Source of the DNA: an uncultured Gemmatimonadaceae bacterium
Lineage (GTDB): Bacteria > Gemmatimonadota > Gemmatimonadetes > Gemmatimonadales > Gemmatimonadaceae
DNA: 54,768 nucleotides
Assembly (NCBI GenBank): GCA_963829055.1
Contig: CAWHHI010000015.1
Coordinates: 1-54,768, forward strand
Direction of reading: 5' to 3'
Shown here: positions 51,301 through 54,768 of the stretch, in pieces
How the letters are laid out: each line of letters starts with the position of its first letter
Position numbering within the stretch: the first letter of the stretch is position 1
Position numbers and translations under genes: made by a program
Notes under the pieces: model-generated
What the model was told of the DNA's origin: nothing
The model's database searches: none
The model's input: the letters and a program-made list of their open reading frames with translations, nothing else

Positions 51301-51646
51301 GGCCGATGAGGTAGTAGTCGACAGCGAGTACCGAGAGGGCAGACGCGAGAATCGCCGGACCCAACCCACCAAACCAGGCGCTACCGATGACCGCGGGCCA
51401 GAACAGGACAAAAATGACCCGCTGCAGCAGCGAGGCTGCGGGTAGTGTGGCCGCGAGCGCGAGTGCGGTAGCGCCAACGGCTACCAGATACCGCACGGGC
51501 TGGGGACGTTCTTCGGGGAGGAGCACGGCGACCGCGTGGCTGGCGGTCGCCGGAATGCGCGTTGACGTGCGATGCGTCGGGTCGTTCGCCTGAAGTTCTA
51601 TGCGGCCCTGACTACCATCCTGCGCGCTGGCCTCCCCACTCGTCAT
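48359..51646 (-). CDS. Sensor histidine kinase (DUF4118 TM, PAS, multiple GAF, HisKA/HATPase)
   Basis: FLATMSHELRTPLNAI, NLLANAVKFT, DTGIGI, GTGLGLAI. Confidence 0.95.
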   Translation of the reverse strand: MTSGEASAQDGSQGRIELQANDPTHRTSTRIPATASHAVAVLLPEERPQPVRYLVAVGATALALAATLPAASLLQRVIFVLFWPAVIGSAWFGGLGPAILASALSVLAVDYYLIGPPGKIALATPEDLVPLAAFLFASTAVSMLTTAARTARRSAAMAAAQNAELAHELESQAMELEQQLEESQALSEELEQSTEELADRTAAAEAAELFTKGILDSIAHPFVVHDAKWRFLFINDAAAAVFRQSPRASNQPPIGRVLWEVYPDIIGTAFEREMRRAAADRIPVTFEAFYPGRGEWLTLSCFPLADGGLATQWVDVTARKRAEETEHYLGRASEVLGSSLDYETTLEQLAQIVVPQLADWCSVHIVEDGDAPRQLAVAHVDPTKVTWARELNRRYPPRPDATTGVPNVLRTRRPELVSEITDEMLVAGAVDDEHLRITRTLGLRSAMIVPLVVGDTAVGALTLVSAESGRRYSERDLPLAIELARRAAVAVEHARLHRQAVAARARAERSARVADRLYALTARLTGAATAMAVAETILAEAAEAFGAERGTVSLIEEDGDTTRFVAAFGYDADVLQAWRSYSLRTTVAATRDAVATARGVFIESLDDARTRYPAAAPYFEQAGTQTAVVLPIATDSQVRALITLSWRDVRDLPDDEREFMELFAAQCGQALARALAFEAEQIARERTERLQAIMAALGEANSEQEIARVVVSNLREIVHTPRVAIYRVEDGSDGRPELVMMDERGVETWSRRRFDRIAIDSETPLAEVVRSQEPVFLPDRAAFEQRFPAWPADGRTVTQEAWAALPLIASTGKPLGAVALGFDERRVFSDDVRGYIASIGDQATQAFERVRLLEAEHSARQAAEEANRAKTQFLATMSHELRTPLNAISGYAELMSLGLRGPTTSEQQEDLGRIMRSQRHLLSVINDILNFARLEAGHVEYRVTNVPVTELLGDLESLIRPQLAAKQLEFVCEPVFGSIVARADAEKVRQVLLNLLANAVKFTPPGGRVHVVCEHDEARVYIRVGDTGIGIPVDRRGAIFEPFVQLHRTLAQPAEGTGLGLAISRDLARGMGGELTVESEPGTGSTFTLALERVS

Positions 51647-52575
51647 GCGGCGAGCACCCTCGCGACGACGGCTGTCACGTTATCCGATCCACCGGCCGCG
51701 AGCGCCATGTCGATGAGCGATCGACATCCTGCCTCCACGTTAGGCGTGCCGGTGAGCACCTCGCGGATGCTGGCGTCGGACACGTGCTTCGTTAGACCAT
51801 CGGTGCACAGGAGCAGCGTGTCTCCGCGCTCGAGGCGGATGAAATCGACGGCCGGCGTCATGTCCCGCGCGCCGATCGCGCTCGCCAGCACGTTGTACAG
51901 CCCGGCCTGCACGGCCTTCTCCTTGGGCATCCCATGCTCGGAGACGAGCACCTCGCCAACCGTCTGATCACGGGTGAGCGGACGCATCGTGTCCCCACGA
52001 AGATGGTAGACGCGGCTATCCCCGACATGAACGATGTAGGCGAACGGCCAGACGACCATCGCCAGCGTGAGCGTGGTCGCAGGTCCGCCTCGCGTCTGCA
52101 GCCGGAACGTCTCGACGAGGTGATCGTGCGCGCGATGCGCCGCCGTGCGCAGGTGTTCCGGGAAGTCCTTTCCTTGATCGGCGCCGTAGCCGTTGTACGC
52201 ACCAACCACCTCGCCGAGGTATTCGACGATCGTCGCGACGGCGATGGCGCTCGCGACGCGTCCGCCCGCACTCCCGCCCACGCCGTCGGCCACCACGTAC
52301 AGGTACGCGCGAGGTCCGGACAGGCGGTCGAAGACGTGCGTGTCGTCGAGGTTCGTCTGCCGGATCTGCACGGCGCGCTGGAGGGCCGCGGTCACGAAGT
52401 GGTCTTCGTTCACCTTCCGCACGTTGCCCACGTGCGAGATCCCGAAGCTCTCGATCAGGCGCCGCACGTCGGCCGTGGTGCCTGACGAGGCGACTGCTGG
52501 TGGGAGAGCCGGCTCCGGGCGCGGGATGATGCCAACTGCGCGGTCCGTCCCGATGGGTAGCTGTGCGTCGGTCAT
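51643..52575 (-). CDS. PP2C-family Ser/Thr protein phosphatase
   Basis: GNVRKVNED, VADGVGG, HVGDSRVY, LLCTDGL, GGSDNVT. Confidence 0.93.
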   Translation of the reverse strand: MTDAQLPIGTDRAVGIIPRPEPALPPAVASSGTTADVRRLIESFGISHVGNVRKVNEDHFVTAALQRAVQIRQTNLDDTHVFDRLSGPRAYLYVVADGVGGSAGGRVASAIAVATIVEYLGEVVGAYNGYGADQGKDFPEHLRTAAHRAHDHLVETFRLQTRGGPATTLTLAMVVWPFAYIVHVGDSRVYHLRGDTMRPLTRDQTVGEVLVSEHGMPKEKAVQAGLYNVLASAIGARDMTPAVDFIRLERGDTLLLCTDGLTKHVSDASIREVLTGTPNVEAGCRSLIDMALAAGGSDNVTAVVARVLAA

Positions 52576-52787
52576 CGCGTGTCCTCGGTGCACCTGCGTT
52601 ATCGTGGCGGCGGCCGCACGGCGCACACCGACTATGGGCCCCCCAAACTATGACACCGGCACGCGGGCGGCTATGCTCGGCCCGTAGCCCGGACTCCGGC
52701 TGCCCCCGTGGTGCCGTACGCCCGGCGGTGATAAGCTGACCGCGCTTTGCACGCTTCACATTGCTTCTTGCTTCCTGGGGGAGACTC

Positions 52788-54768
52788 ATGCCGTTCGACA
52801 TTCCGGGCGTTTGGCCCGACGAGAGCCACACCGCGATCCGCTCCGCGCCCGTCGGGGTCATCAAACTGCGCATCCGCTGTTTCGAGGATTCGTGCAAACC
52901 GGGCGCGATGACCGTGCGCGTCGTTGGCGCGACCACCGGAAGGGTCATCGCCCAGGGAACGGTTACGAGCTCGTCGACCAAGAAGCTCCACGAGCTTCCG
53001 GTGCTGGGCTCGCGATCACGGGCGAAAACGAACGTCCGCGTGCTGTTCTCGTGCGGCGGCGAAGAGGCGGAAGGGTGGGCAGGCCAGCTGTGGATCGGGA
53101 CGGCCGAGACCCCATCATCACCGGGCGACGGGCGGACTCCGGCGCGGGGCGCACGACCGGCTGCGATGAAAGCCGCCGCCTCACCCCGATCGCGCGCCTT
53201 GGCCAGCAAGCCGGGGTCCACCGTCGCTTTGGAGGATCCGGCAATGCCCGGCACGACAACGGACGACGCCGACGACGACACCCCAAAGACGACTCGTCCA
53301 AGTGCCTGGCGGCGGCGAGAGCCGGAACCGGCGACCACGGCGGCCGAGAATATCGGACGCAAGCTCGACGCGGTGCCAGATCGGGTGGACACACGCGACT
53401 GGTTCTTCCAGCCACGCCTAACGCCGCTGCCGACGTCGCTCGTGAACTGCGATCACGTGCCGGCCATTCTCGATCAGGGTAACGAGGGTGCGTGCACCGG
53501 GTTCGCGCTGGCGGCGGTGGTGAACTACCTGCTCGCGCATCAGACCGTGGATCGCAAGGTGAGTCCGTACATGCTCTACGAGCTCGCGCGAAAATACGAC
53601 GAGTGGCCGGGCGAGGGATACGAGGGATCGTCGGCGCGAGGCGCCATGAAGGGCTGGGTGCGCCACGGCGTGTGTCTCGAGAAATCGTGGACGAAGAAGG
53701 ACAAGGGCGTCAGCTGTCTCCGGAAGACGCTGAAGAAAGGGTTCACCATCAGCGACGAGGCGCGCGCCACGCCAGGCGGCGCGTTCTACCGTGTGCAGCA
53801 CGATCAGGTGCGTGACATGCACGCCGCCATCGCCGAGGCGGGCGCGATCTACTGCACGCTCATGGTGCATTCCGGGTGGGACGATCCGGGCGGAGACGCG
53901 AAGGCGCCGCGCGCACCGGTGACTGGCTCCAATACGATCGAGAGCCTGCCGATCATCCAGCGTCGCGGCCGCGCGACGGATGGTCATGCGATCGCGATCG
54001 TCGGCTACACCGACGTGGGCTTTGTCATCCAGAACTCGTGGGGACCGACGTGGGGCGAGAAAGGGTTCGCGCTCCTGCCGTACGAAGACTTTCTCATGCA
54101 CGCCACCGACGTCTGGGTGATGCAGATTGGCGTGCCGCTCAAGATCGATCTCTGGGAGCAGGGAAAGACGTTCGCCGACTCCGCGGCCGGCTTACCGCGC
54201 GCGCATCAGGCGGTGCCGCTCGACGCGATTCGTCCGTTCGCGGTGGATGTCGGTAACAACGGCGAGCTGTCCGACACCGGCGACTACTGGACGACGCCCG
54301 ACGACATCGAGCACCTGTTCGCCGTCACGATACCGGAAGCGACGAAGGCGTGGCGTCGCCGGCGCATCATGCTCTACCTGCACGGCGGCCTGAACGACGA
54401 GCGCTCCGTGGCCGATCGCATCATCGCGTTCCGCGAGGTGATGCTCGCGAACGAGATCTATCCGATCCACATCATGTGGGAGTCCGGTGGTGTGGAGACG
54501 TTAGGCAACATGCTCCGGGACTATCACACGGATGTGGATGACCGCGCCGGCGTCGGCGAATGGCTCAAGAAGCTGCGCGACAACCTCGTCGAGGCGAAGG
54601 ACCGATCGCTCGAGGTGACGCTGGCGCGACCGGGTGGTCTCATGTGGCGCGAGATGAAGGAGAACGCGCGGCTCGCCTCGGAGCATCCGGACGGAAAGGG
54701 CGCGATGCAACTGCTCACGACGCGCGCGCGGAAGGCGGTCTCGAGTCTCGCCGAGACGACTCGTGGGT
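52788..54768 (+). CDS. Papain-like C1 peptidase fused to a downstream hydrolase-like domain (runs off the window end; absent from the ORF track)
   Basis: Read by hand from ATG 52788 (GGGGGAG RBS): LDAVPDRVD.RD, DQGNEGACTGFA, GHAIAIVGY, IQNSWG, then LYLHGGLNDE. Confidence 0.85.
   Translation, partial: MPFDIPGVWPDESHTAIRSAPVGVIKLRIRCFEDSCKPGAMTVRVVGATTGRVIAQGTVTSSSTKKLHELPVLGSRSRAKTNVRVLFSCGGEEAEGWAGQLWIGTAETPSSPGDGRTPARGARPAAMKAAASPRSRALASKPGSTVALEDPAMPGTTTDDADDDTPKTTRPSAWRRREPEPATTAAENIGRKLDAVPDRVDTRDWFFQPRLTPLPTSLVNCDHVPAILDQGNEGACTGFALAAVVNYLLAHQTVDRKVSPYMLYELARKYDEWPGEGYEGSSARGAMKGWVRHGVCLEKSWTKKDKGVSCLRKTLKKGFTISDEARATPGGAFYRVQHDQVRDMHAAIAEAGAIYCTLMVHSGWDDPGGDAKAPRAPVTGSNTIESLPIIQRRGRATDGHAIAIVGYTDVGFVIQNSWGPTWGEKGFALLPYEDFLMHATDVWVMQIGVPLKIDLWEQGKTFADSAAGLPRAHQAVPLDAIRPFAVDVGNNGELSDTGDYWTTPDDIEHLFAVTIPEATKAWRRRRIMLYLHGGLNDERSVADRIIAFREVMLANEIYPIHIMWESGGVETLGNMLRDYHTDVDDRAGVGEWLKKLRDNLVEAKDRSLEVTLARPGGLMWREMKENARLASEHPDGKGAMQLLTTRARKAVSSLAETTRG

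Noticed and set aside
1..54768. CGTTAGGC as a classical Chi site or telomere-like TTAGGC repeat
   Set aside because: Chi sites are usually strand-skewed, but the two orientations are about equal here. Copies are never tandem, so the nematode telomere match is coincidental.

Overview
High-GC bacterial chromosomal window with no rRNA, tRNA, CRISPR array, integrase or transposase. Gene content (plug-like lipoproteins, DUF3108, multiheme/TPR cytochromes) suggests Gemmatimonadota; this is inference. Many genes are split by single-base frameshifts, most likely long-read assembly errors. The main result is a candidate PafBC-type, LexA-independent DNA-damage regulon outside Actinobacteria. Clear pafB and pafC orthologues sit behind a vWA gene. 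An exact TGTCAG-N10-TA-N3-T promoter motif (mycobacterial RecA-NDp/PafBC type) precedes both that operon (21764) and an AddAB/AdnAB-like helicase-nuclease operon (9103), which also encodes an HP0729-like protein with a HEPN-like motif. Other notable signals: (1) a non-palindromic octamer CGTTAGGC/GCCTAACG whose core occurs about once per kb on both strands; (2) an orphan lasso-peptide precursor; (3) a HIT-fused SauUSI-like PLD-helicase-DUF3427 nuclease; (4) a four-helix-bundle gene in an inverted-repeat cassette; (5) several nested palindromic repeat families; (6) intact and decayed toxin-antitoxin modules.
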